A stretch of DNA of 64,000 nucleotides from Escherichia coli (GTDB taxonomy: Bacteria; Pseudomonadota; Gammaproteobacteria; Enterobacterales; Enterobacteriaceae). A program made the position numbers and the translations under genes. Location: NCBI RefSeq assembly GCF_044324875.1, contig NZ_CP172185.1; one strand, given 5' to 3'. Within the stretch, counting starts at the first letter, position 1; each line of letters starts with the position of its first letter. Shown in pieces: positions 37,903-48,707 of the stretch. The notes below the pieces were generated by a model that had not been told where the DNA came from, ran no database searches, and saw nothing but the letters and a program-made list of their open reading frames with translations.

Positions 37903-38414
37903 TTCATGCGCCGGACACCCCGGTGCAAAACGTGTTTTGTGGCGGGGTGTCGGCAGACAAGCCACGTACTGACTGTCACAGCGCGTCAGCGTAAGAGCAC
38001 CGGCAGCAAGGGAATGACAACAATGGTGATGACGATGATGAGCAGGTTGATGCCCCTGATGACGTCATATAACCAGACAGGGCACTGTGGCTCTTCCCTG
38101 ACGATATATAACACAACAAAAAACCAGGTAAGACTGAACAGGGCCCGGTACGGAAGGGCGGTGAGGAGAAATTCCATGCTGATGTTTCCTCTTTACGGGG
38201 GGTCATTAGCGGGAAACTGTAGTGATGACCTGTTTCAGTAAACAGAAAAAATCATTAAAGATGGAATAAAATTGCGCCCCGGCGCGGGGATATGTTCCGG
38301 CATTCAGCCATGTCCGTTTTCCCTTAAAAATTTTCAGTTTTACAAATAGAGTTTATCGCTGACCGGCACACCTGCCTTCTTCATGCTGTACGCACCCACA
38401 GATTCTTAACGGAG

Positions 38415-38762
38415 GTGCGTATGTTTTCTCTTCCCGCATTTCCCCGGCGTGCCGCTGCCCTGGCAGGTACTACCGGGATGATGCTTCTTGCCATTGTGGC
38501 TGTGCCGGCTCAGGCCGCCGAAAAGGATGAGCTGGCAACGGCCATGCGTCAGCTTGACCAGGTACGGGAGGCGCTTGACCGTGCGAGAACGGTTTCCCTT
38601 CAGGCCACGCCTCATGACGGGCGTTATTTCTTCGACTACCCGCGTGCACAGGCTGACATTCAGACCATACAGGCGGGTATTGACCGTTATCTCACGCCGT
38701 CCCGTGCCCAGCCCCGAAACGGCAGTGCCGTGACCGGTGAATACCGGCGGGAGCGTCCCTGA
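38415..38762 (+). CDS. RAQPRD-family ICE protein
   Basis: Signal peptide; C-terminal ...SRAQPRNGSAVTGEY... matches the RAQPRD signature (recalled). Confidence 0.65.
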   Translation: MRMFSLPAFPRRAAALAGTTGMMLLAIVAVPAQAAEKDELATAMRQLDQVREALDRARTVSLQATPHDGRYFFDYPRAQADIQTIQAGIDRYLTPSRAQPRNGSAVTGEYRRERP

Positions 38763-39004
38763 TGGCGCTGACGTCGGCACAGACCACGGCCTTTATGGCG
38801 GCATCCGGTGGCCTGGCAGTGAATGAGCTGCATCTGACCGCTGTGGGAATACTGGTTGCCGTTCTCTTTCTCTGGGCCGCCTGGGGACTGTCGGATGCAT
38901 GGTCCGGGTGGCGTAACGGTGACGTCAGGGAATCTTCGTTTATCTGGTTTACCGTCCGTACCGCACTGCTGCTTGTCAGCAGTATCTGGATGTTTGCGGG
39001 CTGA
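38762..39004 (+). CDS. Small ICE membrane protein
   Basis: 80 aa, two hydrophobic helices; ATGA coupling. Confidence 0.5.
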   Translation: MALTSAQTTAFMAASGGLAVNELHLTAVGILVAVLFLWAAWGLSDAWSGWRNGDVRESSFIWFTVRTALLLVSSIWMFAG

Positions 39005-39031
39005 TTTTCCGTTTTCTTTAAGGAGACATAC

Positions 39032-39397
39032 ATGTGTAAAAAGGTTTTTACTTTCCGTCACCTGCGTCTGGCGGGAATGGGACTGATTGCTTTTCTGCTG
39101 GGCAGTCTGACCCCGGCACTGGCCGATTTGCCCAAAATTGAGCCGCCATCATCCGGTGGGGGTGGTGGTTTTTTTAATCAACTCAAAGGCTATATCCAGG
39201 ATGGCATTGTGCTGTTTGGTCTGGTAGTTGCAGCGGCGGCCTTTGTGAAGGTGGCGGAGGCTGCCGTTACCACTTTTTCTGAGGTGCGTGACGGCAAGAC
39301 GGGCTGGGGACAGTTCGGGGCCATTATCGTGGTCGGGGTGGTGCTGCTGGTTGCGGTTATCTGGCTGCTCGGCAAATCCGCGAACATCATCCTGTAA
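39032..39397 (+). CDS. ICE membrane protein (pilin-like?)
   Basis: Signal peptide, Gly-run, hydrophobic helices. Confidence 0.5.
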   Translation: MCKKVFTFRHLRLAGMGLIAFLLGSLTPALADLPKIEPPSSGGGGGFFNQLKGYIQDGIVLFGLVVAAAAFVKVAEAAVTTFSEVRDGKTGWGQFGAIIVVGVVLLVAVIWLLGKSANIIL

Positions 39398-39415
39398 TCC
39401 ACCAGAGGGCTGTTT

Positions 39416-39781
39416 ATGGAAACCATTCGTTTTCTGCCCGATCGTCTGAATGCCGAACCGACGGTGTTCCGGGGATTCACCACGCCAGAGCTGGGTCTGG
39501 CCGCACTGAGCGGTGTCTTTCTCGGTCTTCTCTGGACACTGCCACTGATACCGCTGTTCGGCTGGGTGATTATTCCCACCGGTGCCCTGCTCACTCCACT
39601 GCTTCTGGTCTGGACCGGCGGCGTGTGGATCACCCGGCTGAAACGGGGCAAACCGGATAACTGGCTCTGGCAGCGTATTGAAGAGAAAAAAGCGGCGCTG
39701 GGTGTGGGGCGCCCTGCATTTATCAGGGAAGCACAGGGCTGGTCCCTGCGTCGTTCCCGCGTCAGGGGAGGAAAAGGATGA
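39416..39781 (+). CDS. ICE membrane protein (VirB3-like position)
   Basis: 121 aa, hydrophobic core; operon position. Confidence 0.5.
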   Translation: METIRFLPDRLNAEPTVFRGFTTPELGLAALSGVFLGLLWTLPLIPLFGWVIIPTGALLTPLLLVWTGGVWITRLKRGKPDNWLWQRIEEKKAALGVGRPAFIREAQGWSLRRSRVRGGKG

Positions 39782-40425
39782 GTCGTTTTCGTCATGCCCT
39801 GCAGGATCGTGACCAGCATATTTTGACGCTTCGTGTGTTCAGTGGTGTGCTGGCGGGGCTGCTTCTGATGGTCACCCTCGGCTGGATGTCTGCACCTGAC
39901 CGGCTGACCATCCATAATCCACCTGATTTACGTTCCGGCAGTACCCGTCCGTGGTGGGAGGTTCCGCCTTCCACTGTCTATTCCTTTGCGTATTACATTT
40001 TCCAGCAACTGAATGCCTGGCCGAAAAACGGTGAGGTGGATTATCCGGCAAAAATTCATGCCCTGTCGGCCTATCTGACACCGTCGTGCCGGGAAATCCT
40101 TGAAACGGATGCACGACGCCGTAAGGACGCGGGGGAACTGCTGGATCGTGTTCGTGTGGTGTATGAGATCCCTGAGCACGGTTACGGCGGACGTTACAAC
40201 CGTAATCCGGTCACGGTGGAAGGCCGGGACAACTGGCAGGTTCGTCTCGACTTAGTGGTGGATGAGTATTTTCATGCTGAGCCGGTCAAACGGGCGCTGG
40301 TCCGCTATCCGATGAAGGTGGTGCGTATGGAGGGCGATCCGGAACTTAATCCGTTTGCTCTGGCGCTGGACTGTTACAGCTCCACGCCGCAGCGTCTGGA
40401 AGCCGTGAAGGGAGGTGGTGAATGA
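39778..40425 (+). CDS. ICE T4SS protein (VirB8-like position)
   Basis: N-terminal TM helix; ATGA coupling. Confidence 0.55.
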   Translation: MSRFRHALQDRDQHILTLRVFSGVLAGLLLMVTLGWMSAPDRLTIHNPPDLRSGSTRPWWEVPPSTVYSFAYYIFQQLNAWPKNGEVDYPAKIHALSAYLTPSCREILETDARRRKDAGELLDRVRVVYEIPEHGYGGRYNRNPVTVEGRDNWQVRLDLVVDEYFHAEPVKRALVRYPMKVVRMEGDPELNPFALALDCYSSTPQRLEAVKGGGE

Positions 40426-41342
40426 GAACCTGTGTACTGCGCAACCTGCTGCGTCCTGCCGCTGTGATGTTGTCGCTGTCAGTGATGTCCCTGACGGCGC
40501 AGGCAGATGAACTGATGAAGTGGGAGCGTATTCCGCTGGATGTCCCGCTGATGGTGGGGCAGGAGCGGGTCATTTTTGCCGATAAAAACGTGAGGGTGGG
40601 CTTTCCGCCTGCACTGAACGGCAGGCTGCGGGTGCAGAGCACCGGCGGTGCCGTCTACCTGAAAGCGGACAGCGCCTTTCCGAAAACGCGGGTTCAGCTG
40701 CAGGATGTGGAAAGCGGGGAGATGATCCTGCTGGATGTGACGGCCGCAGAAAAGGGGCCCACTGAGCCTGTCCGGATTGTGTATGACGGGGAGGTGAACA
40801 CGGTGAGCCGTGCCGGCGGCAGCGCTCCGGAGAGCGCGAAGGCGGGCAGCAGTGACGGACGTCCCGGGAAAGTCGGTGCGGATGACGGCACGCAGGCCCG
40901 CCGGACCGCCCCCCGTTATGACGAGCCCTTGCCGGTTCTGCTGACCCGGTATGCGGCACAGTCCCTGTATGCTCCGCTGCGCACCCTTGAACCGGTTGCG
41001 GGGATCAGACCGGTGGTGCCACCTCTTCCCCGGCAAATCACCACGCTTTACCCGTCTGAACCCCTGACGGTATCCCCGGTGGCGGCATGGTCCGCCGGCG
41101 GACGAACCGTGGTGGCCCTGAAACTCACCAGTACGGTGAGCCGGCGTATTGTGCTTGATCCGCGAGCCCTGCAGGGCCGTTTTGTGGCGGCCACCTTCCA
41201 GCACCGCTGGCTGGGTGCTGCCGGGACACCGGAAGACACCACAATGCTGTATGTGGTGACGGCAGGCCGCCCGGAGAAGGCCTTTGTGGCAGAGCCTGTG
41301 GCACCGCGCAGGACGGGCGGGGAGGTGAAACATGCAGATTAA
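40422..41342 (+). CDS. ICE T4SS periplasmic protein (VirB9/TraK-like position)
   Basis: Signal peptide; operon position. Confidence 0.55.
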   Translation: MRTCVLRNLLRPAAVMLSLSVMSLTAQADELMKWERIPLDVPLMVGQERVIFADKNVRVGFPPALNGRLRVQSTGGAVYLKADSAFPKTRVQLQDVESGEMILLDVTAAEKGPTEPVRIVYDGEVNTVSRAGGSAPESAKAGSSDGRPGKVGADDGTQARRTAPRYDEPLPVLLTRYAAQSLYAPLRTLEPVAGIRPVVPPLPRQITTLYPSEPLTVSPVAAWSAGGRTVVALKLTSTVSRRIVLDPRALQGRFVAATFQHRWLGAAGTPEDTTMLYVVTAGRPEKAFVAEPVAPRRTGGEVKHAD

Positions 41343-42810
41343 GTCCAATACCCTGGTGAAATTTGTGGTACCTGCTGTGGTACTGGCGGGGCTGGTGATC
41401 ACGATGAAAAGCTGCAGCACACCGGAGAGCGGGAGTGAGAGTACAGCACAGAGCGGTGCGCTGGCCGGATTATCGTCAGAAGAGCTGCGTGCGCTGGGCG
41501 TGGAAGGGGACACGCCGGAGGATACCCTGCGGACCCTGGTTGCCCGCCTGAACCAGGTCAGGGATAACCAGAAAACGCTGGAGAGCCAGAATGCGCAGTT
41601 GCTGAAGGACAACGAACAACTGCGTCGCCGGGGGACGGATGTGTCCGGCCAGGTCAGTGAAGCCGTGGCGGGAATGCAGAAAACCTACGATCAGAAGCAG
41701 CGTGAACTGCAGGAGCAGCAGCGCTCCCTGATGTCGCAGATTGATGTGCTGCGGGGGCAACTGAGTGACCAGCTGACGGGAAGTCACACGAAGCTCAGCG
41801 ATATTCCTGACGGGCTGGGACTGGATTCAGGCAGTGGTTCCGGGTCGTTGATCTCGCAGGGGGCGGACGGGCTGATGTGGGTGAGTCCGGCCGATCAGTC
41901 ACAGGATGATCCGCTGAGCAGCGGCGGAAAGAGCGGTCCGCGTTTTCCGACCTCCTTCCTTGAAGATAACCCCCTGACCCGGCAGAAAGCAGCCTATGAG
42001 CAGCAGGTGAAGGGGTACAGCAATGAGCAGCAGGCGGCCACCACGCAGGCCGTGTACACCCTGCCGGAGAACTCAACCCTGACGGGCAGCCGTGCCATGA
42101 CGGCCCTGCTGGGCAGGGTGCCGGTAAACGGCACGGTGACCGATCCGTATCCGTTCAAGATCCTCGTGGGGCGCGATAACCTCACGGCAAACGGCATTGA
42201 ACTGCCGGATGTGGAGGGGGCTGTGGTGTCAGGGACGGCCAGCGGTGACTGGACGCTTTCCTGTGTGCGCGGACAGGTGAACAGCATCACCTTTGTGTTT
42301 GCTGACGGCACGGTACGCACGCTGCCACAGGCGGATGTGAACGGTACCACCAACAGCAATCAGCAGGCGAAAAACGGGAATAACGCAGGCGGGATTGGCT
42401 GGATTTCGGATGAGGATGGGATCCCGTGTATCAGCGGCACCCGTAAATCCAATGCGTCAACCTACCTGCCGACGATATTCGGGCTGGCCGCAGCCGGCGC
42501 GGCAGGGGATGCCCTGAGTGAGGGGCAGTACACCTCGCAGAACAATGTCAACGGTATAACCTCGACGCTGACCGGCAGTGCCGGTGAAGCGGCGCTGGGT
42601 AAGGCCCTTTCCGGCGGGATGAATGAGACCGCGGACTGGGTAAGACAGCGTTACGGGCAGACCTTTGATGCCATTTATGTGCCGCCGGGAAAAACGCTGG
42701 CCGTTCACATTACCCGTCAGCTGGCGATTGATTATGAAGAGCGTGGACGTCGTGTGCGTTATGACTTCACCCTGCCGGGAGAAGCGGGCGACCGGGGCGG
42801 CCTTGACTGA
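41332..42810 (+). CDS. ICE T4SS protein (VirB10/TraB-like position)
   Basis: N-terminal TM, coiled coil, Gly/Ser-rich linker, C-terminal beta-rich domain. Confidence 0.6.
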   Translation: MQIKSNTLVKFVVPAVVLAGLVITMKSCSTPESGSESTAQSGALAGLSSEELRALGVEGDTPEDTLRTLVARLNQVRDNQKTLESQNAQLLKDNEQLRRRGTDVSGQVSEAVAGMQKTYDQKQRELQEQQRSLMSQIDVLRGQLSDQLTGSHTKLSDIPDGLGLDSGSGSGSLISQGADGLMWVSPADQSQDDPLSSGGKSGPRFPTSFLEDNPLTRQKAAYEQQVKGYSNEQQAATTQAVYTLPENSTLTGSRAMTALLGRVPVNGTVTDPYPFKILVGRDNLTANGIELPDVEGAVVSGTASGDWTLSCVRGQVNSITFVFADGTVRTLPQADVNGTTNSNQQAKNGNNAGGIGWISDEDGIPCISGTRKSNASTYLPTIFGLAAAGAAGDALSEGQYTSQNNVNGITSTLTGSAGEAALGKALSGGMNETADWVRQRYGQTFDAIYVPPGKTLAVHITRQLAIDYEERGRRVRYDFTLPGEAGDRGGLD

Positions 42811-42827
42811 ACAGGGAGAATGAGTCC

Positions 42828-43232
42828 GTGAAACGATTACTGTTCGTGATGAGTGTGGCACTGGTGCTGTCGGGCTGTGCCACCTCTAAAGAAGAGCTGC
42901 TGCCTGCCGGAGAGCAGACGATGCTGGAGCTCTGGCAGGGTAAAACCGCAGGTGGCGGTCAGCGGCATGCGCTGGCCGCCCGGGAAACGTTGCGCCGTCC
43001 CCTTACGGTAACGGAGCAGCAGGGGATGAACGCGGAGGCGTACAGCTACAGCCGGACGCAGGAAAGCGAAATCAGCCAGCAGTTTCCGCGTCTGCCGAAT
43101 CCCGACATGGTGATGTATGTGTTTCCGCATCTGGCCGGCGGTACGTCGCCGGTTCCGGGCTACAGCACGGTATTTCCTTTTTACAGCAGGACGCAGTATG
43201 CGCTGCCAGGTGAGCGTACGGAGGCTCTGTAA
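42828..43232 (+). CDS. ICE conjugal-transfer lipoprotein
   Basis: Lipobox LVLSGC. Confidence 0.55.
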   Translation: MKRLLFVMSVALVLSGCATSKEELLPAGEQTMLELWQGKTAGGGQRHALAARETLRRPLTVTEQQGMNAEAYSYSRTQESEISQQFPRLPNPDMVMYVFPHLAGGTSPVPGYSTVFPFYSRTQYALPGERTEAL

Positions 43233-46081
43233 TGACATTCTCGCTTTTCAGACGCCGTGAGGAAAAAGGTACAGCAGAGACCAGGGAACGACCGGAAGCA
43301 GAAGCGGGGGCATCTTCATCGGCCTTTGTTCCGCCCTGTCCTCCGGGGGCACAGCCCCTGCGACGTCCGGGACAGATGACCCGTGATGCTGAGGCGGCGG
43401 TTTATCATGCCGGTCCGTCGGTTATTGATTTTCTGCCATGGGTGGAATATCTGGATGAGGAGCAGTGTCTGCTGCTTGACGACGGGGTGTCGGTGGGAGC
43501 GGTCTATTCGGTGACGCCGGCCGCAACGGAAGGGCGTACGGAAGAGCGCCTGGCGCAAATCAGGGACATGGTGGAGGATGCCCTGCAGGACAGTTTTGAT
43601 GAGTACGACACGCATCCCTGGGTGGTGCAGTTCTACTGTCAGGATGAAAATGATGTGGATGCGTACCTGGACTATCTGAAGGGGTATGTGAAACCCCACG
43701 CGCAGGGAACGGCATTCACGGAGGCCTGGCTGGGTGAAATGGCCCGCCATCTCAGGGGGATTGCCCGTCCTGAGGGACTGTTTACGGACACCCTGGTCAC
43801 CGGTCAGCCCTGGCGGGGACAGCAGCGACGAACCCGGATGGTGGTTTACCGTCGTATCGGGAAGAACAATAACGATCCGATGTCGCCGGTGGCGATGCTG
43901 AACCAGGTCTGCGACCGCGTGGTGTCCGCACTGGGTGGAGCCGGTATCCGCTGTACCCGGATGAACGGTCAGCAGGTGCACAGCTGGCTGCTGCGGTTAT
44001 TTAATCCGGCACCGGACTGGATTGCCCGTGAAGAGCTGTACCGGATGGCCTCACGGGTTGATCCGCGTGAGCGTGGTGATGATGTGATGCCGGTGATGAC
44101 GGATTTTGCCGAGAGCCTGTGGTTTAACCCGCCGTATTCCGATCCGGAGAACGGGGTGTGGTGGCTGGACGCCATGCCGCACTGTGCCGTGGTGGTGGAA
44201 AAGCTGCGTACGCCGCCGGAGCCGGGGACCATCACCGGAGAGATGCCCCGTGGGGAAAAAACGGTGAATGCGCTGATGGACACCTTTCCGGAGGGAACGG
44301 TGATGTGCATGACCATCGTGGTGCAGCCCCAGGACACCCTGGAGGACCGTTTCACCCGGCTGTCGAAAAATGCGGTGGGTGAGAACACGGAATCCATCCG
44401 GGCGCGTCAGGACGTGAAGGTGGTGAAGGAGCTGCTGGGGAACCGGCACAAGCTGTACCGGGCAGGGCTCACCTTTCTTCTGCGGGCAGAGGATATGGAC
44501 AGCCTGAAACGCCGGCGTGTGGAGCTGACCACGGTGCTTCTGGGGGCTGGTCTGCAGCCGGTGCGGCCTGAGTTTGACGTGGGGCCGCTGAACAGCTGGC
44601 TGCGGGCGCTGCCGATGTGTTTTGATCCGGATACGGACAAAAAGCAGTGGTACACGCGTCTGATGTGGGTACAGCACATGGCAGGATTGTTGCCGGTGAC
44701 CGGCCGGGATACGGGGACCGGACATCCGGGGTTCAGTTTTTTTAACCGGGGTGGTGATGTGCTGACTTTCGATCCGCTGAACAAGCTGGACCGTACCCAG
44801 AACGCGCATCTGCTGCTGTTCGGACCAACGGGGGCCGGTAAATCGGCCACGCTGTGTGCTTCACTGTCGCAGGTGATGGCAGTACACCGTCCCCGCCTGT
44901 TCATTGCCGAAGCGGGGAACTCGTTTGGTCTGCTGGCCGATTATTTTGAGAGTCTCGGGCTGTCGGTGAACAAAATCAGCGTCAGACCGGGAACCGGTGT
45001 GACCCTGCCGCCGTTTGCAGATGCGCATAAACTGGTTGAGGAAGGGCAGGATCTGCAGTGCGTGGATGAGCACTCACTGCCTGATATTGAGGATGAAGCC
45101 GGGGATGAAGGGGAGGATAAACGAGACATTCTGGGCGAGATGGAAATCTCAGCCAGGATGATGATCACCGGGGGGGACCCGAAAGAAGAGGCCGCGCTGA
45201 AGCGTGCGGACAGGGCGATGATCCGCGAGGCGCTGCTGATGGCCACACACCGGACATACCGTGAGGGGCGGCAGATGCTGCCGGAGGATTTGCAGTCCGC
45301 CCTGTGGGAGATCTCCCGTGACAGCAGCCGTAACGATGTGCGCAATGCAAAGGCGGCGGAGATGGCGGAGTCTCTGGGGATGTTCACCCAGAAGGGGAGT
45401 TTTGAGGCGGAGTTGTTCAACCGTGAGGGCGAACTGTGGCCGGAAGCGGATGTGACGCTGATTGACCTGGGGCATCTGGCCCGTGAGGGGTATGAGGCAC
45501 AGATGGCGCTGACCATGGTGTCGATGACCAACATGATCAATAACATTGCCGAACGTGATCAGTATCTGGGGCGTGACATCGTGTTTGCGGTGGATGAGGC
45601 GCATATCGTGACGGTCAATCCGCTGCTTTCGCCGTACATGACGAAGGTTGTGAAGATGTGGCGTAAGCTGGGAGCGTGGCTGTGGCTGGCGACACAGAAC
45701 CTGAAGGATTATCCGGATGTGTCGGAGAAGATGCTGAATATGGCGGAATGGTGGGTGTGTCTGACGATGCCACCGGAGGAAGTGAACAACATTGCACGCT
45801 TTAAATCACTGACGGAAGAGCAGAAAGCGGTGCTGATGTCGGCGAGTAAGCTGTCCGGCTGTTATACCGAAGGCGTGGTGCTGGCGAAACAGATTGAGGC
45901 GCTGTTTCGTGCGGTGCCGCCAAGTCTCTATCTGGCGCTGGGCATGACGGAGAAAGAAGAGAAGGCTGAGCGGCGCATGCTGATGAAGGAACATAACTGC
46001 AGCGAACTGGAGGCGGCGTTCCATGTGGCGCGTAAGCTGGACAGGCTGCGTGGTCTGTCGGCCATGGAGGCGGATGTATGA
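43232..46081 (+). CDS. Conjugative transfer ATPase (VirB4/TraC-like)
   Basis: 949 aa; Walker A ...LLLFGPTGAGKSATL...; Walker B-like ...IVFAVDEAH... Confidence 0.9.
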   Translation: MTFSLFRRREEKGTAETRERPEAEAGASSSAFVPPCPPGAQPLRRPGQMTRDAEAAVYHAGPSVIDFLPWVEYLDEEQCLLLDDGVSVGAVYSVTPAATEGRTEERLAQIRDMVEDALQDSFDEYDTHPWVVQFYCQDENDVDAYLDYLKGYVKPHAQGTAFTEAWLGEMARHLRGIARPEGLFTDTLVTGQPWRGQQRRTRMVVYRRIGKNNNDPMSPVAMLNQVCDRVVSALGGAGIRCTRMNGQQVHSWLLRLFNPAPDWIAREELYRMASRVDPRERGDDVMPVMTDFAESLWFNPPYSDPENGVWWLDAMPHCAVVVEKLRTPPEPGTITGEMPRGEKTVNALMDTFPEGTVMCMTIVVQPQDTLEDRFTRLSKNAVGENTESIRARQDVKVVKELLGNRHKLYRAGLTFLLRAEDMDSLKRRRVELTTVLLGAGLQPVRPEFDVGPLNSWLRALPMCFDPDTDKKQWYTRLMWVQHMAGLLPVTGRDTGTGHPGFSFFNRGGDVLTFDPLNKLDRTQNAHLLLFGPTGAGKSATLCASLSQVMAVHRPRLFIAEAGNSFGLLADYFESLGLSVNKISVRPGTGVTLPPFADAHKLVEEGQDLQCVDEHSLPDIEDEAGDEGEDKRDILGEMEISARMMITGGDPKEEAALKRADRAMIREALLMATHRTYREGRQMLPEDLQSALWEISRDSSRNDVRNAKAAEMAESLGMFTQKGSFEAELFNREGELWPEADVTLIDLGHLAREGYEAQMALTMVSMTNMINNIAERDQYLGRDIVFAVDEAHIVTVNPLLSPYMTKVVKMWRKLGAWLWLATQNLKDYPDVSEKMLNMAEWWVCLTMPPEEVNNIARFKSLTEEQKAVLMSASKLSGCYTEGVVLAKQIEALFRAVPPSLYLALGMTEKEEKAERRMLMKEHNCSELEAAFHVARKLDRLRGLSAMEADV

Positions 46082-46464
46082 TGTGTCTGAAATACCCGAA
46101 ACCGGAGGTGATGACAGAGGTCATGCCCGGGGGCAGCGTGTTTTTTCTGCCGCCGCAGGGAAAACCGGGTGTTGCGGATCTGGCGCAACCGCATCTGCAG
46201 CGCCTGCGGTCACAGCTTGAACGCAGGCTGGGTACGCTGCATCGTGTGGTGTGTCAGCCCCAGCGGGTGGGGCAGAGCAGCAGTGTGGCCGTGACAGCAG
46301 AAGGGGCGTGTGGCGAGGTGCATCTTCTGCTGACAGTAGGGGGGCATGAGAGCTGGCCCTCTGAAGAGGAATACCGGCATCCGCGCTGGTATATCCAGGT
46401 GGTGGATGCGGCCGATCTGTTCTACCTGCTGCTCTGGCTGTGTGATGGCGGGCAGGAAGCGTGA
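46078..46464 (+). CDS. Hypothetical ICE protein (3' end duplicated downstream of the receptor insertion)
   Basis: 128-aa ORF coupled to ATPase stop; last 63 bp repeated at 48806-48867. Confidence 0.5.
   Translation: MMCLKYPKPEVMTEVMPGGSVFFLPPQGKPGVADLAQPHLQRLRSQLERRLGTLHRVVCQPQRVGQSSSVAVTAEGACGEVHLLLTVGGHESWPSEEEYRHPRWYIQVVDAADLFYLLLWLCDGGQEA
46398..46460 (+). repeat. Left copy of a 62-bp imperfect direct repeat flanking the TonB-dependent receptor module
   Basis: GTGGTGGATGCGGCCGATCTGTTCTACCTGCTGCTCTGGCTGTGTGATGGCGGGCAGGAAGC versus the same at 48806-48867 with 3 substitutions. Confidence 0.85.
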
Positions 46465-46550
46465 AGTAAAAATACTTCCACTGGCAAACTGCTCCAGTGG
46501 AAGTGTATGTAATGTTTTGTTGTTTATTTTAATTTCTTGTAAAACACAAA

Positions 46551-46571
46551 CACTAATTATTCTCATTATTG
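46551..46571 (+). promoter_or_regulatory. Candidate Fur box upstream of the receptor gene
   Basis: ACTAATTATTCTCATTATTG, about 13/19 matches to GATAATGATAATCATTATC consensus (recalled), roughly 50-70 bp upstream of ATG 46620. Confidence 0.35.
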
Positions 46572-46619
46572 TTTAGATTTGTGTATCTTTCGCCCGATTA
46601 ATATAATCGGAGAGAAGAT

Positions 46620-48707
46620 ATGCGAATAACCACTCTGGCTTCAGTAGCCATCCCTTGTCTCGGATTTTCAGTCAGCAGCATGGCTGCGGAAGATGTGATG
46701 ATAGTCACCGCATCCGGCTATGAAAAAAAATTAACCAGTGCAGCTGCGAGTGTTTCGGTGATCAGTCAGGAGGACTTGCGATCCAGCCAGTATCATGATC
46801 TTGGGGAGGCACTGAGATCCGTAGAGGGGGTGGATGTTGAAAGCGGTACGGGTAAAACCGGTGGACTGGAAATCAGCATCCGTGGAATGCCTGCCAGTTA
46901 TACGCTGATACTGATTGATGGTGTCCGTCAGGGCGGGAGCAGAGACGTAACCCCGAACGGTTTTTCTGCCATGAACACGGGGTTTATGCCACCTCTGGCC
47001 GCCATCGAACGTATTGAGATTATCAGGGGCCCCATGTCCACTCTGTACGGCTCTGATGCCATGGGGGGCGTGGTGAATATCATCACCAAAAAGAATGCAG
47101 ACAAATGGCATTCTTCAGTTAATGCCGGGCTGAACCTGCAGGAAAGTAACAAATGGGGGAACAGCAGCCAGTTTAATTTCTGGAGCAGCGGCCCCCTGGT
47201 GGATAATTCTCTCAGCCTGCAGGTACGTGGCAGCACGCAGCAGCGACAGGGCTCATCGGTCACATCACTGAGCGGCACCTCAGCCACGCGCATCCCTTAT
47301 CCAACAGAGTCACAGAATTATAATGCAGGTGCTCGTCTTGACTGGAAAGCAACGGACAAGGATATGTTCTGGCTTGATATGGATACTGCACGACAGCGTT
47401 ATGATAACCGGGACGGCCAGCTGGGCAGCCTTACTGGCGGTTATGATCGTACCCTGCGCTATGAACGTAATAAAATTTCGGCAGGTTATGATCATGCATT
47501 CACCTTCGGAACCTGGAAGTCATCCCTGAACTGGAATGAGACGGAAAATAAAGGCCGTCAGCTTGTACGCAGCGTACTGAAGCGTGATAAATGGGGACTT
47601 GCCGGCCAGCCGAGGGAGCTTAAGGAGTCGAATTTTATCCTGAATTCCTTACTGCTTGCACCTGTGGGTGAATCTCACCTGGTTACTGTCGGTGGTGAGT
47701 ACCAGAACTCATCCATGAAAGACGGGGTTGTTCTCACCAGTACAGGCGAAACCTTCCGGCAGAAAAGCTGGTCGGCATTTGTTGAGGATGAGTGGCATAT
47801 CACGGATGCGGTTGCACTGACTGTGGGCAGTCGTTATGAACATCATGAGGTGTTCGGAGGACACCTCAGTCCGCGGGCATATATGGTCTGGGATGTGGCT
47901 GATGAGTGGACGCTGAAAGGTGGGGTGACCACGGGATATAAGGCACCCGGCATGGGGCAGTTACATAAGGGGATCAGCGGTGTGTCCGGTCAGGGGCGTA
48001 CGAATCTTCTCGGTAACCCGGACCTGAAGCCGGAGGAGAGTGTCAGCTATGAAGCGGGCGTGTATTACGATAATCATGCCGGTCTGAACGCCAATATCAC
48101 GGGCTTTATGACAGAGTTCTCCAACAAGATCGTATCTTATTCTATTGATGATAATACCCGCAGCTATACAAACAGCGGAAAGGCCAGGACTCAGGGTGTG
48201 GAGTTTGCCGGCACACTGCCTCTGTGGTCAGAGGATGTGACGCTGTCTCTGAATTATACCTGGACGCAGAGTGAACAACGGGATGGGGATAATAAAGGTG
48301 CACCACTGAGTTACACCCCTGAGCATATGGTGAATGCGAAACTGAACTGGCAGATTACTGAAGATGTGTCATCATGGCTGGGTGCCCGTTACCGCGGGAA
48401 AACGCCACGTTTCACCCAGAATTATTCGTCACTCTCAGCTGTACAGAAGAAAGTGTATGATGAGAAAGGTGAATATCTGAAAGCCTGGACGGTACTGGAT
48501 GCGGGCATGTCGTGGAAAGTGACGGATGCACTGACGCTGAATGCAGCGGTGAATAATGTGCTTAACAAGGATTACAGTGACGTAAGTCTGTATCGTGCCG
48601 GCAGTGGTACGCTTTATGCGGGTGATTACTTCCAGACGGGGGCATCGACAACAGGTTATGTGATACCGGAGAGAAATTACTGGATGTCGCTGAGCTATCA
48701 GTTCTGA
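46620..48707 (+). CDS. iha: TonB-dependent outer-membrane siderophore receptor, Iha/IrgA-like
   Basis: Signal peptide, TonB box region ...EDVMIVTASGYEK..., plug ...IERIEIIRGPMSTLYGSDAMGGVVNIITKK..., C-terminal ...YWMSLSYQF; N-terminus MRITTLASV... recalled as Iha-like. Confidence 0.75.
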   Translation: MRITTLASVAIPCLGFSVSSMAAEDVMIVTASGYEKKLTSAAASVSVISQEDLRSSQYHDLGEALRSVEGVDVESGTGKTGGLEISIRGMPASYTLILIDGVRQGGSRDVTPNGFSAMNTGFMPPLAAIERIEIIRGPMSTLYGSDAMGGVVNIITKKNADKWHSSVNAGLNLQESNKWGNSSQFNFWSSGPLVDNSLSLQVRGSTQQRQGSSVTSLSGTSATRIPYPTESQNYNAGARLDWKATDKDMFWLDMDTARQRYDNRDGQLGSLTGGYDRTLRYERNKISAGYDHAFTFGTWKSSLNWNETENKGRQLVRSVLKRDKWGLAGQPRELKESNFILNSLLLAPVGESHLVTVGGEYQNSSMKDGVVLTSTGETFRQKSWSAFVEDEWHITDAVALTVGSRYEHHEVFGGHLSPRAYMVWDVADEWTLKGGVTTGYKAPGMGQLHKGISGVSGQGRTNLLGNPDLKPEESVSYEAGVYYDNHAGLNANITGFMTEFSNKIVSYSIDDNTRSYTNSGKARTQGVEFAGTLPLWSEDVTLSLNYTWTQSEQRDGDNKGAPLSYTPEHMVNAKLNWQITEDVSSWLGARYRGKTPRFTQNYSSLSAVQKKVYDEKGEYLKAWTVLDAGMSWKVTDALTLNAAVNNVLNKDYSDVSLYRAGSGTLYAGDYFQTGASTTGYVIPERNYWMSLSYQF

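Noticed and set aside
37906-38241. Small ORFs in the gap after the ICE membrane protein (37906-38241 plus strand, 37986-38177 minus strand)
   Set aside because: Overlapping opposite-strand frames with no RBS and atypical composition; the minus-strand 63-aa hydrophobic ORF cannot be excluded but has no support.
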